Positions 47,793 through 57,556 of a stretch of DNA of 64,000 nucleotides are shown one piece after another. This stretch comes from Thermodesulfobacteriota bacterium. Its GTDB lineage: Bacteria > Desulfobacterota_D > UBA1144 > Nemesobacterales > UBA2774. Under the pieces are notes generated by a model, which saw nothing but the letters and a program-made list of their open reading frames with translations, had not been told where the DNA came from and did no database searches. The position numbers and the translations under genes are program-made. Position 1 is the first letter of the stretch; each line of letters begins with the position of its first letter. Location of the stretch: positions 704,001-768,000 of the forward strand of contig OZ244197.1 of NCBI GenBank assembly GCA_965216785.1, in the 5' to 3' direction.

Positions 47793-48776
47793 ATGAAAAA
47801 CAAAATTTCACTAAAACAATTTGCATTGAGTGTGTTATTTGCAGCGGCGGCGCTTGTTATGACCGATATACCCGCGCTTGCCCAGGTAAAGGTAGTGACT
47901 TCAGTACCGGACTTTGCCGCTATCGCAAAAGAGATCGGCGGAGACAGAGTAGAGGTAACGAGCCTCGCCAAGGGTTACCAAGACCCCCATTTCGTAGACG
48001 CAAAGCCGATTTTTATTACAAGGCTTAACCAGGCGGATATGCTTATCTATAACGGTCTTGACCTAGAAGTTGGGTGGCTGCCGATTCTCATTACTGGGGC
48101 AAGGAACTCAAATATCTCCTCTCCCCACGAAATCGGCCACTATAACGCCTCTGTATCAATTAAGGAATTTCTGGAAGTGCCCACTATACCAGTCGACAGG
48201 TCGATGGGGGACGTACACCCGGGGGGCAACCCTCACTATATGCTTGACCCCAGAAGCGGTATACCCGTCGCCAGAAGCATCGCTGCAAGACTCATACAAA
48301 TAGACACTGAGAACGCTTCATATTACGAGGAGAATTTCAACAACTTCGTCAGCACACTCAGGCTTAAGATAAGCGAATGGGAAGATGAGCTTGAGCCCTT
48401 TAAAGGCACTCAGGTCGTAACATACCATAAGCTCTGGAGCTACTTCTTGAATTGGGCGGGTTTTAAGAACGCGGGAACGATAGAACCTAAACCGGGAATA
48501 CCGCCTTCGCCTTCACACACTGCCGAGATTATAAACACGATGGAGCGTAAGAATGTCGGACTTATTATAGCGGCTAACTATTACCCGGAAAAAACGGCTT
48601 CGATTATCGCCCAGAAAACAGGCGTCATTTTCCTTTCTTTGCCTGCGATGGTTGAGGGGAGAGACGGTATAGAGAGCTATATTGAGCTATTCGACGCGCT
48701 CGTGGGCGAGATTACGTCTGCGCTTCAGAATAGGACAGGCTCGACTGAAATCAGGGCAGGATTTAATGACGGATAA
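47793..48776 (+). CDS. Zn/Mn ABC transporter substrate-binding protein (ZnuA-like, cluster A-I)
   Basis: IGGD.VEV, QDPHF, NGLDLE, HPGGNPHY.LDP, TYH. Confidence 0.9.
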   Translation: MKNKISLKQFALSVLFAAAALVMTDIPALAQVKVVTSVPDFAAIAKEIGGDRVEVTSLAKGYQDPHFVDAKPIFITRLNQADMLIYNGLDLEVGWLPILITGARNSNISSPHEIGHYNASVSIKEFLEVPTIPVDRSMGDVHPGGNPHYMLDPRSGIPVARSIAARLIQIDTENASYYEENFNNFVSTLRLKISEWEDELEPFKGTQVVTYHKLWSYFLNWAGFKNAGTIEPKPGIPPSPSHTAEIINTMERKNVGLIIAANYYPEKTASIIAQKTGVIFLSLPAMVEGRDGIESYIELFDALVGEITSALQNRTGSTEIRAGFNDG

Positions 48777-48872
48777 ATAAGTTTACATATCTCCAAAGGT
48801 GCCCCCGGGCTGCCCTTGAGAAGGGGACTCAGTCCGGGGGGGTTCTCACTTTCTAAGTCTGGGATAAAAACG

Positions 48873-49622
48873 ATGGCGAATCTCATAAAGCTTGAAAATC
48901 TAACAATAGGGTATGAAAAAAAAGCGCTCATTAAAACTTCTGATATATCCATAGACAGTGGACAATTTTGGGGAGTATTAGGGCCTAACGGGAGTGGGAA
49001 GAGCACTCTCCTTAAAACTATACTGGGATTAATACACCCTCTAGCGGGACAAGTTAATTCTAAAAAAGGTATAGTGCTGGGCTACGTTCCGCAGAGTGAA
49101 AAGTTTGACCCCATCTTTCCGGTTTCAGTGTATGAGCTCGTATCTATGGGACGATACAGCAGGGTCTCCCCCGGAAAGAGGCTCGGGATGAGGGATAGAG
49201 AAGCAATAGAGAGATCGATTGAAAAAGCGGGGATATCACACTTATCTAACCGCAAATTCCGCTCGCTTTCGGGAGGAGAGAAGCAGCGCTCGCTCCTCGC
49301 AAGGGCGATTGCTGGGGAGCCCGATATATTAGTACTAGATGAGCCAACGGCGGCGGTAGATATTAAGGGAGAGGCGCAAATAATGAGCCTTGTAAAAGAT
49401 ATAAAAAAGGAGAGCGGGCTTGCGGTTTTAATGGTCAGCCACTTTCTAAACACTATATCCGCATTTTCAGACTATATTATATTGATCGACAAGGACAAGG
49501 AGCTATTTCAGGCAGGCGAGAAGTCCGAAATTCTAAACAGCGAGAACCTGAGCGCGTTCTTCGGGCTGAACCTTGATATGGAGAGAATAAAGGAGATGCA
49601 GGCGATCGACCGCCTGACATAA
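48873..49622 (+). CDS. Metal ABC transporter ATPase (ZnuC-like)
   Basis: GPNGSGKST, GYVPQ, LSGGEKQR, LDEPT, VSH; start set at ATG 48873. Confidence 0.9.
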   Translation: MANLIKLENLTIGYEKKALIKTSDISIDSGQFWGVLGPNGSGKSTLLKTILGLIHPLAGQVNSKKGIVLGYVPQSEKFDPIFPVSVYELVSMGRYSRVSPGKRLGMRDREAIERSIEKAGISHLSNRKFRSLSGGEKQRSLLARAIAGEPDILVLDEPTAAVDIKGEAQIMSLVKDIKKESGLAVLMVSHFLNTISAFSDYIILIDKDKELFQAGEKSEILNSENLSAFFGLNLDMERIKEMQAIDRLT

Positions 49623-49634
49623 TGCTGGACTAAT

Positions 49635-50483
49635 ATGGCAACATTTGCTGAATTTATAAACAGCTACTTTCTATGGAGAGACCCTATGATAGTCGGGGCC
49701 GCCGCGGGTGCTGTGTGCGGTTTTCTCGGAGTATATGTGGTGCTGAGGCGCATAGTGTTCGTAAGCGCGGCGCTTACTCAAATATCGAGCTTCGGCGTTG
49801 GGTTAGCTTTTTATCTTGAAGCATACAGCATAGGGGTTTTCGCCTCATTATTCGATCCCTTTATACTGTCCTTGCTATTGACATGCCTGGCAGCCGTTTT
49901 CTTTTCATCAAAAAGGGATTTCTCACGGATAAGCACGGAAGGCGTTATTGCGTTTGGATTTTTACTGGCCTCGGGAGCAGTAGTTATAATAGGCGACAGG
50001 ATAACAAAAGGGGCGCATGATATAGCAAATATACTTTTCGGAAGCGCCGTTGTAGTTGACCCTTCAGACGTTTTGATAATACCCTCTGTTGCGCTTGCAG
50101 TATTTATAATTCACCTGATCTACTATAAAGATTTTGTATTCGTATCCTTTGACACCGAGACCGCGAAACTGTTTAAATATCCTGTAAGGCTGCTGAACAC
50201 CGGCCTCCTTATTACCATTGCAGTAGTAGTGGCTGTATCAACCAGAGCTCTCGGCGCGCTTCCCGTGTTTGCGTTATTAGCACTGCCGGCGCTTTCGTCG
50301 CTGCTCATAACGGAAAATCTGAAACTCGTTTTTATACTCTCCATAGTTATAGGAATCTTATCAGCAACTTTAGGCTACTTTTTCTCGTTTATTTTTTCAC
50401 TCCCGACAGGAGCGTCGATGACTGTTTGTGCGGCAATCTTTTTTCTTGTAGCGCTTGGGTTAAGGGAGTTAAGAGCAAGGTAA
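49635..50483 (+). CDS. Metal ABC transporter permease (ZnuB-like)
   Basis: LGVYVVLRR..F...AL, ILFGS, SFD.ETA, GAL.V.ALL.LP, LPTGA. Confidence 0.9.
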   Translation: MATFAEFINSYFLWRDPMIVGAAAGAVCGFLGVYVVLRRIVFVSAALTQISSFGVGLAFYLEAYSIGVFASLFDPFILSLLLTCLAAVFFSSKRDFSRISTEGVIAFGFLLASGAVVIIGDRITKGAHDIANILFGSAVVVDPSDVLIIPSVALAVFIIHLIYYKDFVFVSFDTETAKLFKYPVRLLNTGLLITIAVVVAVSTRALGALPVFALLALPALSSLLITENLKLVFILSIVIGILSATLGYFFSFIFSLPTGASMTVCAAIFFLVALGLRELRAR

Positions 50484-51023
50484 ATGAATATGCAAAGGGA
50501 ATACTTCATGGTCATGAGAATAGTACACGTACAGATAATTTTGATAATAACAGTATTATTTATAGGCTGTGCTCAATATGAAACCGCCATAGAGAAGCTG
50601 GAATGGTTAGAGCCCGACACATTTACATGCGACGTAGTGCAGGTCAGTAGCGGAGACACCTTCCTCTGCAGATTTCCAGACCTTGAAATCGATACAATCA
50701 GACTCGCCGGGATAAAAATTCCGGATAACAAAAAAAAGGAAGCTGAAATATTCACAAAGTCGGTACTAAAAAGAGGAACACTCGTAAATATAGAGCCTCA
50801 CAGGCAACAAAGAGCCGGATACGGCGGTATTTCAGCCTATGTATATGTACCGGGAGGAAAGATACTGAATATGCTTCTGTTAGAGAAAGGATACGCAGGA
50901 GTCGCCCGGGACGAGGTAAACGAAAAATACAAAGCGGAATTCATTAAAATAGAGGATAATAGGAGCGAGGAGACAGGGCTTATAGAAGAAGTAGAAACTG
51001 AAAAGAAACCCTGGGTTAAGTAA
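50484..51023 (+). CDS. Thermonuclease (SNase)-like lipoprotein, degenerate active site
   Basis: LFIGC lipobox; V..V.SGDT, IRLAGI, AYVY, N..LL.KGYA; start uncertain. Confidence 0.7.
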   Translation: MNMQREYFMVMRIVHVQIILIITVLFIGCAQYETAIEKLEWLEPDTFTCDVVQVSSGDTFLCRFPDLEIDTIRLAGIKIPDNKKKEAEIFTKSVLKRGTLVNIEPHRQQRAGYGGISAYVYVPGGKILNMLLLEKGYAGVARDEVNEKYKAEFIKIEDNRSEETGLIEEVETEKKPWVK

Positions 51024-51052
51024 TATGCAATTAATACGTAAACACTTCTTAA

Positions 51053-51313
51053 TCAGGAAAGTGATTCCAGTGATATTGACTCATCAATCAGTAAAATCGG
51101 TATTCCGTCCCTTATTGGATAGAGGTATTTACGGTCGTCCTTTTGTATGAGCCCGCCGTTTATTTTCTCTCCGACATTTTGCCCGGAGCGGTTTTTTAGC
51201 TCCCCTTCTTCTATAAGAAGATTAATCTTATCAATAAGATCAGGCTCCGCAATCACCAAATCCTGCTTGGTCTCGGGGCAGGCAACTATTTTTAACAAAT
51301 CCTCGCTTATCAT
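51053..51313 (-). CDS. Trm112-like family small protein
   Basis: LL.IVACP..K..L; YPIRDGIPILL.DE. Confidence 0.85.
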   Translation of the reverse strand: MISEDLLKIVACPETKQDLVIAEPDLIDKINLLIEEGELKNRSGQNVGEKINGGLIQKDDRKYLYPIRDGIPILLIDESISLESLS

Positions 51314-51421
51314 ACTTAAATCCGTGGCCGCAAATTGAGTTTGTAAGAAAATATAATTGGATTACAGTACATGGTAATTTAGAATACATTACATATATCA
51401 AACTCAAAGGGAGCTAAGAAA

Positions 51422-52297
51422 ATGAGAAGAACAATATTGCTGTCATTATTAAGTATTTTCACTCTTGTAGCCGTAGGAATTACGGGATGCAAACAAGAAA
51501 CAGGCGACGCAAGCAAAGAGGCTGTTGAGGATACAGCCGCAGTACAGCAAAACAACCCTGCACCTGAAACCCAAGTTGAAGAGCCTAAGGTAATAATTGA
51601 AGCAGGGGAAAGATCCCCCGCTTTCCCGGGTGCAAAAGCACTATTTGCAAATATAAAAGACGGAGATGTCCTGGAAGACAATAACGTCTCTGTAGTAGTG
51701 GACGTACAGAACTATGAGCTTGGCATACAAACAGATACCGAAAGGGCCTCTGAAATCGCAAACTCCGCAAAAGGGCAGCACGCTCATATAATTCTAGATA
51801 ACGATCCCTACTTTGCCGATTATGAAGCCGGAGTGCCCTTTGATATAGGTACGCTTGATGAAGGCGCTCATACGATCCTGGTGTTTCCGAGCCGCTCCTA
51901 TCATGAGAGCGTAAAATCAGAAGGATCTGTGGATATAGTAAATTTTTACATCGGCAAGGAAGACGGGGAGTTTATGCTCGACAAATCAAAACCTACTATC
52001 ATTTACAGCAGGCCGAAAGGCAAATATGAGGGTAAGGACGCAGAAAAGATTATGCTCGATTTTTACCTTATTAATGCTGAGCTTGGCGATGATTACAATG
52101 CTAAATACACAATCCGTAAAAATGTAGCGGACGCTGTGGAGCATTCAATCACTATGACGGAATGGACCCCCGCGTTTGTAAGTGGTCTAAGTAGCGGAGA
52201 GTATGTTATTACTCTTCAGCTTTTAGATAAAGACGGGAACCTGGTTGATGGACCTTTTAACAATACCCAAAGAACAATTTCCGTTGTTACTGAATAG
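51422..52297 (+). CDS. Lipoprotein with His-motif Ig-like domains, function unknown
   Basis: GITGC lipobox; GQHAHIILDN; FPSRSYHESVK; YSRPKG.Y. Confidence 0.65.
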   Translation: MRRTILLSLLSIFTLVAVGITGCKQETGDASKEAVEDTAAVQQNNPAPETQVEEPKVIIEAGERSPAFPGAKALFANIKDGDVLEDNNVSVVVDVQNYELGIQTDTERASEIANSAKGQHAHIILDNDPYFADYEAGVPFDIGTLDEGAHTILVFPSRSYHESVKSEGSVDIVNFYIGKEDGEFMLDKSKPTIIYSRPKGKYEGKDAEKIMLDFYLINAELGDDYNAKYTIRKNVADAVEHSITMTEWTPAFVSGLSSGEYVITLQLLDKDGNLVDGPFNNTQRTISVVTE

Positions 52298-52334
52298 TGT
52301 GGAAGGATTAAGACTGGCGTAGAAAAAAAATGAA

Positions 52335-52360
52335 GGGGAGATCCTGCTTAGAATCTCCCC
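52335..52360. terminator. Hairpin between convergent genes
   Basis: GGGGAGAT/ATCTCCCC. Confidence 0.6.
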
Positions 52361-52386
52361 ATAACTTTTCTAATTATCAGACCGAA

Positions 52387-53019
52387 CTAGTTAACATAAA
52401 GAACCCAGGCGCCCTGATCGCCCTGGATCTTACCCTGGAGCTCTACACTATTCCTGTCTGAAGTAGCTTCTAATTTACTTATTGCCTCTTCTGACCCATG
52501 TAAAGCATAAACCTGACCGCCGCTTGTGGTAACAACGTGAAGGTGCTGATCCTTCTCACCACAAGGCGATGTTGCTACAACAGGCTGTACGCTTCCGTCC
52601 TCATAATTCGGTAGCAAGCATACTAATGTGCCAGATACAGAAGCTTCCTTTGCGCCCGATTCGTCAAGCGCTGAAGCCGTTCCGAGAATCCAACCCCTGG
52701 TATGTCCGGCGATTTCACCGCTTACAGTCTGCTTTCCGCCTTTCATACCCTTCATATCGTCCTTCTTAGCAGCAACCGCCGCCGCTTTGTCGGACCCGAC
52801 CATGACTACTGTGCCTGTACACTCGGTAAACTCGGCCATTGTCTGAACATTGCCTTCCTCGTCTACCTGTACACAGATTAACGTACCTTCCATAGCCGCC
52901 ATCTTATCACCGTCTTTCATACTATCATCGGCTTTTCCCTCGTGCTGGGCAGCAAAAACCGGAAGTGCTAATGTAAGAGCTAATACTAACATTGATAATG
53001 TTAAAGCTCCTCTCAACAT
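52387..53019 (-). CDS. Secreted hypothetical protein with two Cys-containing internal repeats
   Basis: Signal peptide; GTLICVQ..G.VQ..C and GTLVCLL..GSVQ..C repeats; Met-rich linkers. Confidence 0.65.
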   Translation of the reverse strand: MLRGALTLSMLVLALTLALPVFAAQHEGKADDSMKDGDKMAAMEGTLICVQVDEEGNVQTMAEFTECTGTVVMVGSDKAAAVAAKKDDMKGMKGGKQTVSGEIAGHTRGWILGTASALDESGAKEASVSGTLVCLLPNYEDGSVQPVVATSPCGEKDQHLHVVTTSGGQVYALHGSEEAISKLEATSDRNSVELQGKIQGDQGAWVLYVN

Positions 53020-53268
53020 ATTTACGTACCTCCTAAGGTTTTTTGTTCCACATAATATCTAAACACATGATATTATCCATTACAAGCAGAATTATTCCCC
53101 CCTCTAATTCAGAATATTTTATAATAAAAACGGGGAAGAAATCCTAATTATAGGAACATACTGTAATTAGATTATAAAATCTTAGATTTGGATGCGTAAT
53201 ATTTTTTATTTACAAACAGGAAGTTTATGGGATAATATTAGGGAAATTGGGAATTTAGGGAGATTAGT

Positions 53269-53508
53269 ATGTCACAGAAATGTATGATCACAGGTAAAGC
53301 ACCGCTAACAGGCAACCATGTGTCTCACGCGAATAATAAGGTTAAGCGCCGTCAAAACCCTAACCTTCATTGGAAGCACATCTTTGTCCCTGAACTTAAC
53401 CGTACGGTCAGAATCAGGATTTCCACCCGTGCACTCAGAACTATAAATAAAAAGGGTCTCCTGCCTTTTCTCAAAGATAACGGCCTTAAGCTTAAGGACC
53501 TTACTTAG
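53269..53508 (+). CDS. rpmB: 50S ribosomal protein bL28
   Basis: C.ITGK....GN.VSHANNK.KRRQ.PNL. Confidence 0.96.
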   Translation: MSQKCMITGKAPLTGNHVSHANNKVKRRQNPNLHWKHIFVPELNRTVRIRISTRALRTINKKGLLPFLKDNGLKLKDLT

Positions 53509-53546
53509 CTTTTATACTAACAATACACCATCCTTTAGGGCAAATT

Positions 53547-53984
53547 ATGAAATCTGGAAAGACAGATTACGCCTATTTGCTTACGCGCGCAACAAAAAGT
53601 GCGGGCTCAATTCTTAAAGATACCAACAAATTGAACCGCCTTGTCGATAGTGCTACGCTCAGCATAGACTCAGGCGTAAGCCGTATGAACGGCGTAAAGA
53701 GCGATCTCAGCACGCTTCTGAGCTTGATAAAAGCATGGGCGAGAGGTGATTACACAGGGGTATCAAAAACTACTCTGCTTCTGAGCGCGGGAGCAGTCGT
53801 ATATTTCGTGAACCCCATGGACGCAATACCCGACATTCTGCCTGCTACAGGCCTGTTGGACGACGCCACTGTAATAGGGATAGTTATTACTTCTATAAAG
53901 AAAGATATCGAAAGCTTCAAGCTCTGGGAATCAGCCCGGACTGATATTGCAACGTCTAAACAACCTGAATCCGTACCCACTTAA
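53547..53984 (+). CDS. YkvA / DUF1232 family protein
   Basis: YFVNP.DAIPD.LP..GLLDD. Confidence 0.88.
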   Translation: MKSGKTDYAYLLTRATKSAGSILKDTNKLNRLVDSATLSIDSGVSRMNGVKSDLSTLLSLIKAWARGDYTGVSKTTLLLSAGAVVYFVNPMDAIPDILPATGLLDDATVIGIVITSIKKDIESFKLWESARTDIATSKQPESVPT

Positions 53985-53992
53985 CCACTCAG

Positions 53993-55945
53993 CTATTCAT
54001 TATCTTCATACTTCTCTTTGAGTTCCTTTACGACACTCGGGTCGGCAAGTGTTGTCGTATCACCCAGAACCGAGCCTTCGGCTATATTTCTTAGGAGCCT
54101 TCTCATTATCTTACCGCTACGTGTTTTGGGCAGCTCAGCTGTGAATATAATTTCATCTGGCCTTGCAATGGCCCCGATCTTCTTGGCCACGTGCTGCCTT
54201 AATTCTGCTACCAGCCGGGAGCTTGTCTCTATCCCTTTCTTGAGGGTTGTAAATGCTACAACGGCCTGGCCCTTAATTGGGTCCGCCCTTCCCACAACTG
54301 CTGCTTCTACTACTGATGGATGATCCACGAGAGCGCTTTCCACTTCCATGGTACTTAAGCGATGGCCGGCCACGTTCATGACGTCGTCCACTCTGCCAAG
54401 TACCCATATACAACCGTCTTTGTCACGCTTTGCGCCGTCTCCCGTAAAATAAATATCCGGGTATTTGCTCCAATACTGTTCTTTATAGCGTCCGTGGTCG
54501 CCGTAGATAGTCCTCAGCATAGAAGGCCAGGGACTCTTAATGACGAGATATCCCGCCCCCTCCTTAACGGTTTTACCTTCTTCGTCAACAACATCGGCAT
54601 CAATTGTAGGGAACGGGACTGTAGCTGAGCCTGGCTTCGTCTTGGTTACTCCGGGCAGAGGAGTAATCAGTATAGAACCCGTTTCTGTCTGCCACCATGT
54701 GTCAACGATCGGACATTTTTTATCGCCTATATGCGTATGGTACCAAACCCAGGCTTCGGGGTTGATCGGCTCTCCGACCGAGCCCAGAAGACGAAGCGAG
54801 CTGAGGTCGTACTTCTTGGGGTGCTCCTCTCCCCACCTCATAAACGCTCTTATCGCAGTGGGTGCAGTATATAGAATATTAACAGCGTATTTTTCCACTA
54901 TAGCCCAGAACCTGCCTATATCCGGGTAATCGGGTGCTCCCTCGTACATTAAAGACGTTGCCCCATTGGCAAGCGGGCCGTAAATAATATAGCTGTGCCC
55001 GGTTACCCAGCCTATGTCTGCAGTGCACCAATACGTGTCCTCGTCTTTCATATCAAAGACCCATTTTGTCGTGGCGTATGCCCCCACCAGGTAGCCCCCT
55101 GTGGTGTGGACAATACCCTTGGGCTTACCCGTAGTTCCGCTCGTATAGAGTACGAAAAGCATGTCTTCGCTGTCCATTCTCTCGGGGACGCAGTAAGCCG
55201 CCGCCTCATCCATGAGCTCATGCCACCAGTAGTCTCTTCCCCTTTTCATTTTTATTCTGGCTCTGCTTCCGACTCTGTCAACCACGACAACTTTTTTGAT
55301 GCTTTTAGCTTTCTTTAGCGCCTCGTCAGCGTTCTTCTTAAGAGGTACTATTTTCCCCCTTCTGTAGCCGCCGTCCGAGGTAATAAGTACTTTAGATTTG
55401 GAATCTTTTATCCTGTCGCTCAGGCTCTCGGGGCTGAATCCGCCGAACACTATGCTGTGCGGGGCACCTATCCTTGCACAGGCTAGCATCGCAATCGCAA
55501 GCTCGGGAACCATGGGCAGATATATCGTCACGACGTCGCCCTTTTTTACTCCAAGCCCTTTTAAGACATTGGCAAATTTATTTACCTCCCTGTAGAGCTC
55601 CCAATATGTAAGTGTGACAGTCTTTCCGAATTCCCCCTCCCAGATGATCGCTGCTTTATTCTTTCTGTGTGTAGTTATATGGCGGTCAAGACAGTTATAA
55701 GAAACATTAATCTTCCCTCCGAGGAACCACTTGGCATGAGGAGGCTTCCAGCTTAGCACCTTCCTCCATTTCTTAAACCAATCGAGCTCTTTCGCAAAGT
55801 CCTCCCAGAATTTCTCAGGGTTGCGCTTTGCCTTCCTATATACAGCATCTGAGCTGACATGCGCTTTCTCTTTGAATTTCTTACTCGGAGAAAATGTGCG
55901 TTTCTCTTTAAGCAGTGACTCGATAGTTTTTTCTTTTTTAGCCAT
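53993..55945 (-). CDS. acs: Acetyl-CoA synthetase (AMP-forming)
   Basis: [53 protein letters not shown]. Confidence 0.97.
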   Translation of the reverse strand: MAKKEKTIESLLKEKRTFSPSKKFKEKAHVSSDAVYRKAKRNPEKFWEDFAKELDWFKKWRKVLSWKPPHAKWFLGGKINVSYNCLDRHITTHRKNKAAIIWEGEFGKTVTLTYWELYREVNKFANVLKGLGVKKGDVVTIYLPMVPELAIAMLACARIGAPHSIVFGGFSPESLSDRIKDSKSKVLITSDGGYRRGKIVPLKKNADEALKKAKSIKKVVVVDRVGSRARIKMKRGRDYWWHELMDEAAAYCVPERMDSEDMLFVLYTSGTTGKPKGIVHTTGGYLVGAYATTKWVFDMKDEDTYWCTADIGWVTGHSYIIYGPLANGATSLMYEGAPDYPDIGRFWAIVEKYAVNILYTAPTAIRAFMRWGEEHPKKYDLSSLRLLGSVGEPINPEAWVWYHTHIGDKKCPIVDTWWQTETGSILITPLPGVTKTKPGSATVPFPTIDADVVDEEGKTVKEGAGYLVIKSPWPSMLRTIYGDHGRYKEQYWSKYPDIYFTGDGAKRDKDGCIWVLGRVDDVMNVAGHRLSTMEVESALVDHPSVVEAAVVGRADPIKGQAVVAFTTLKKGIETSSRLVAELRQHVAKKIGAIARPDEIIFTAELPKTRSGKIMRRLLRNIAEGSVLGDTTTLADPSVVKELKEKYEDNE

Positions 55946-56103
55946 TGGTGCCCCCTATGGTGAATTGTAAGGAAGTAAGTTACTCAATAGTAACAAATAA
56001 AGGATTGGATTTGAAGCCTATGTTATGAAAGCGCCCGCGCATACTCCCATGAAATAGCTTTGAGACAAATGCAGTAACCTCTAATATTGTTAAAGGAATA
56101 TAA

Positions 56104-56140
56104 AAAAAGCCCCTTACTCACTAGAAGCAAGGGGCTTTGG
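56104..56140. repeat. 37-bp hairpin element (terminator of IPTL gene 4), copy 1
   Basis: AAAGCCCCTT-ACTCACTAGAAGC-AAGGGGCTTT; inverted copy at 57467-57503. Confidence 0.65.
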
Positions 56141-56174
56141 TCTTTTCTAAATTAGGTTATTTCTGTTAAGTCCT

Positions 56175-57371
56175 TTAGGCTTTCAAAGCGCGTTTTCTCA
56201 TGACTACAAAACCTACCATTCCGAGGGCCAGAGCCATAGCGATAAGTCCCCACTCAGATAATGTCGGGATTTGAGCAACACTTTCTTTGACGCCTTCTAT
56301 TGCCATCGAGCCTTGGAACTCAGGATTAAAACCAATACCGAGGGAGTCATAAAAATCTTCAACCTCACTATCTGAAACGAATATCGATGTTCTACCGTTT
56401 TTCACAAGCACTATATTGGGCTGATCACCGCCACCGTCTTCCCCGAGATATAAGTTATTCCGTTTATCCGCTGCGATTCCTCCCTCTAGGTCCGCTCCGC
56501 TTTCACCTGTCGCGTCAGTAATCTGGTCTTCTGTAACGAACACATTTGCCTGACCACTTACTGGGTTTACAACCAGCACGCAATCGCATTCTTCGTCATC
56601 CATTACATATAAAATGCCCTTTAAAACCATTCCCACGTCAAGATCATGTTGAGTTACTCCGGTCGCAGCTATTAACTGCTGTTGGGTGGTTAAGATCGAA
56701 AGACCGCTAACAGGCGAGTATTTAAATATCACGTTATTCAGGTCATTGGTGCTATCGTCGTTTGCAAAGTAGATATTGCCGAACTGATCTACGGAAAGAC
56801 CACTGTCAAGGTCTATATTGGCACCAGGTCCGAGCAGAGCTTCTATTTGGTTCTCTGTAACAACTTGGGTGATGGGTCCAAGCGGAACCGGAATACGCAG
56901 TATCGAGTTACTATCGGAGTCGTTCACATAGAGCGCGCCGTCAGGGCCGAACGCCATACCGTTTTCAAGATCAATTTCAGCAGCGCCTTGAATTGCGGCT
57001 AAGAGCTGTGCGGGGCTCGCGAACTGACTAAGTGTCCCATCGGGTGTTGCCATTAAAATACTGCCAACATCAGGATCAGTAGCACTTAAATGATCCAAGC
57101 TGAAAAAGACGTTACCCGCCATGTCTACTGCGAGGCCCGTGTTTTCACAACTGTTGCTGCCTAATCCGGTTACGGCCTCGATTTCGGCAGGGGATATAAA
57201 CTGAGAGAGGCTACCGTCCGGTTCGACTTTCAGAATCGAGCACTCGTCATTGTTTTCGGACGTGTTACCATTGTCAACCTGAACAAACAAGTCACCGTCG
57301 GCCGCAAGAGCGCCCGGGATAAATACCACTGCTAAAAGTAAAACTGTTAAAATACTCGTAAGCTTTTTCAT
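56175..57371 (-). CDS. IPTL-CTERM surface protein 4, probable six-bladed beta-propeller
   Basis: Start ATG 57371 after AAAGGAGG; six repeats like IL.V.P.G.LS.F.S..QI.A.TG; C-terminal QIPTLSEWG-TM-RKR. Confidence 0.88.
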   Translation of the reverse strand: MKKLTSILTVLLLAVVFIPGALAADGDLFVQVDNGNTSENNDECSILKVEPDGSLSQFISPAEIEAVTGLGSNSCENTGLAVDMAGNVFFSLDHLSATDPDVGSILMATPDGTLSQFASPAQLLAAIQGAAEIDLENGMAFGPDGALYVNDSDSNSILRIPVPLGPITQVVTENQIEALLGPGANIDLDSGLSVDQFGNIYFANDDSTNDLNNVIFKYSPVSGLSILTTQQQLIAATGVTQHDLDVGMVLKGILYVMDDEECDCVLVVNPVSGQANVFVTEDQITDATGESGADLEGGIAADKRNNLYLGEDGGGDQPNIVLVKNGRTSIFVSDSEVEDFYDSLGIGFNPEFQGSMAIEGVKESVAQIPTLSEWGLIAMALALGMVGFVVMRKRALKA

Positions 57372-57466
57372 GTTTCCTCCTTTAAGACACACCTCTAGAT
57401 TCTAGTGATTTAATAAAACTCATTATATCACAGATATAAATGCATTCAATAGCTAATTTAGGGGCA

Positions 57467-57503
57467 CAAAAACCCTTTCTTTCTAGTGAGTTAAGAGCTT
57501 TTG
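57467..57503. repeat. 37-bp hairpin element, inverted copy 2
   Basis: Reverse complement CAAAAGCTCTTA-ACTCACTAGAA-AGAAAGGGTTTTTG, 28/37 identical to copy 1. Confidence 0.6.
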
Positions 57504-57556
57504 TTATGATTCCTCTACTGTTTATTTCAAACATAAGCCACTGTAACAGCAAATAA

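Noticed and set aside
53269-53508. bL28 as a Zur-regulated zinc-free paralog
   Set aside because: Single-Cys bL28 is common, and no copy of the operator was seen upstream
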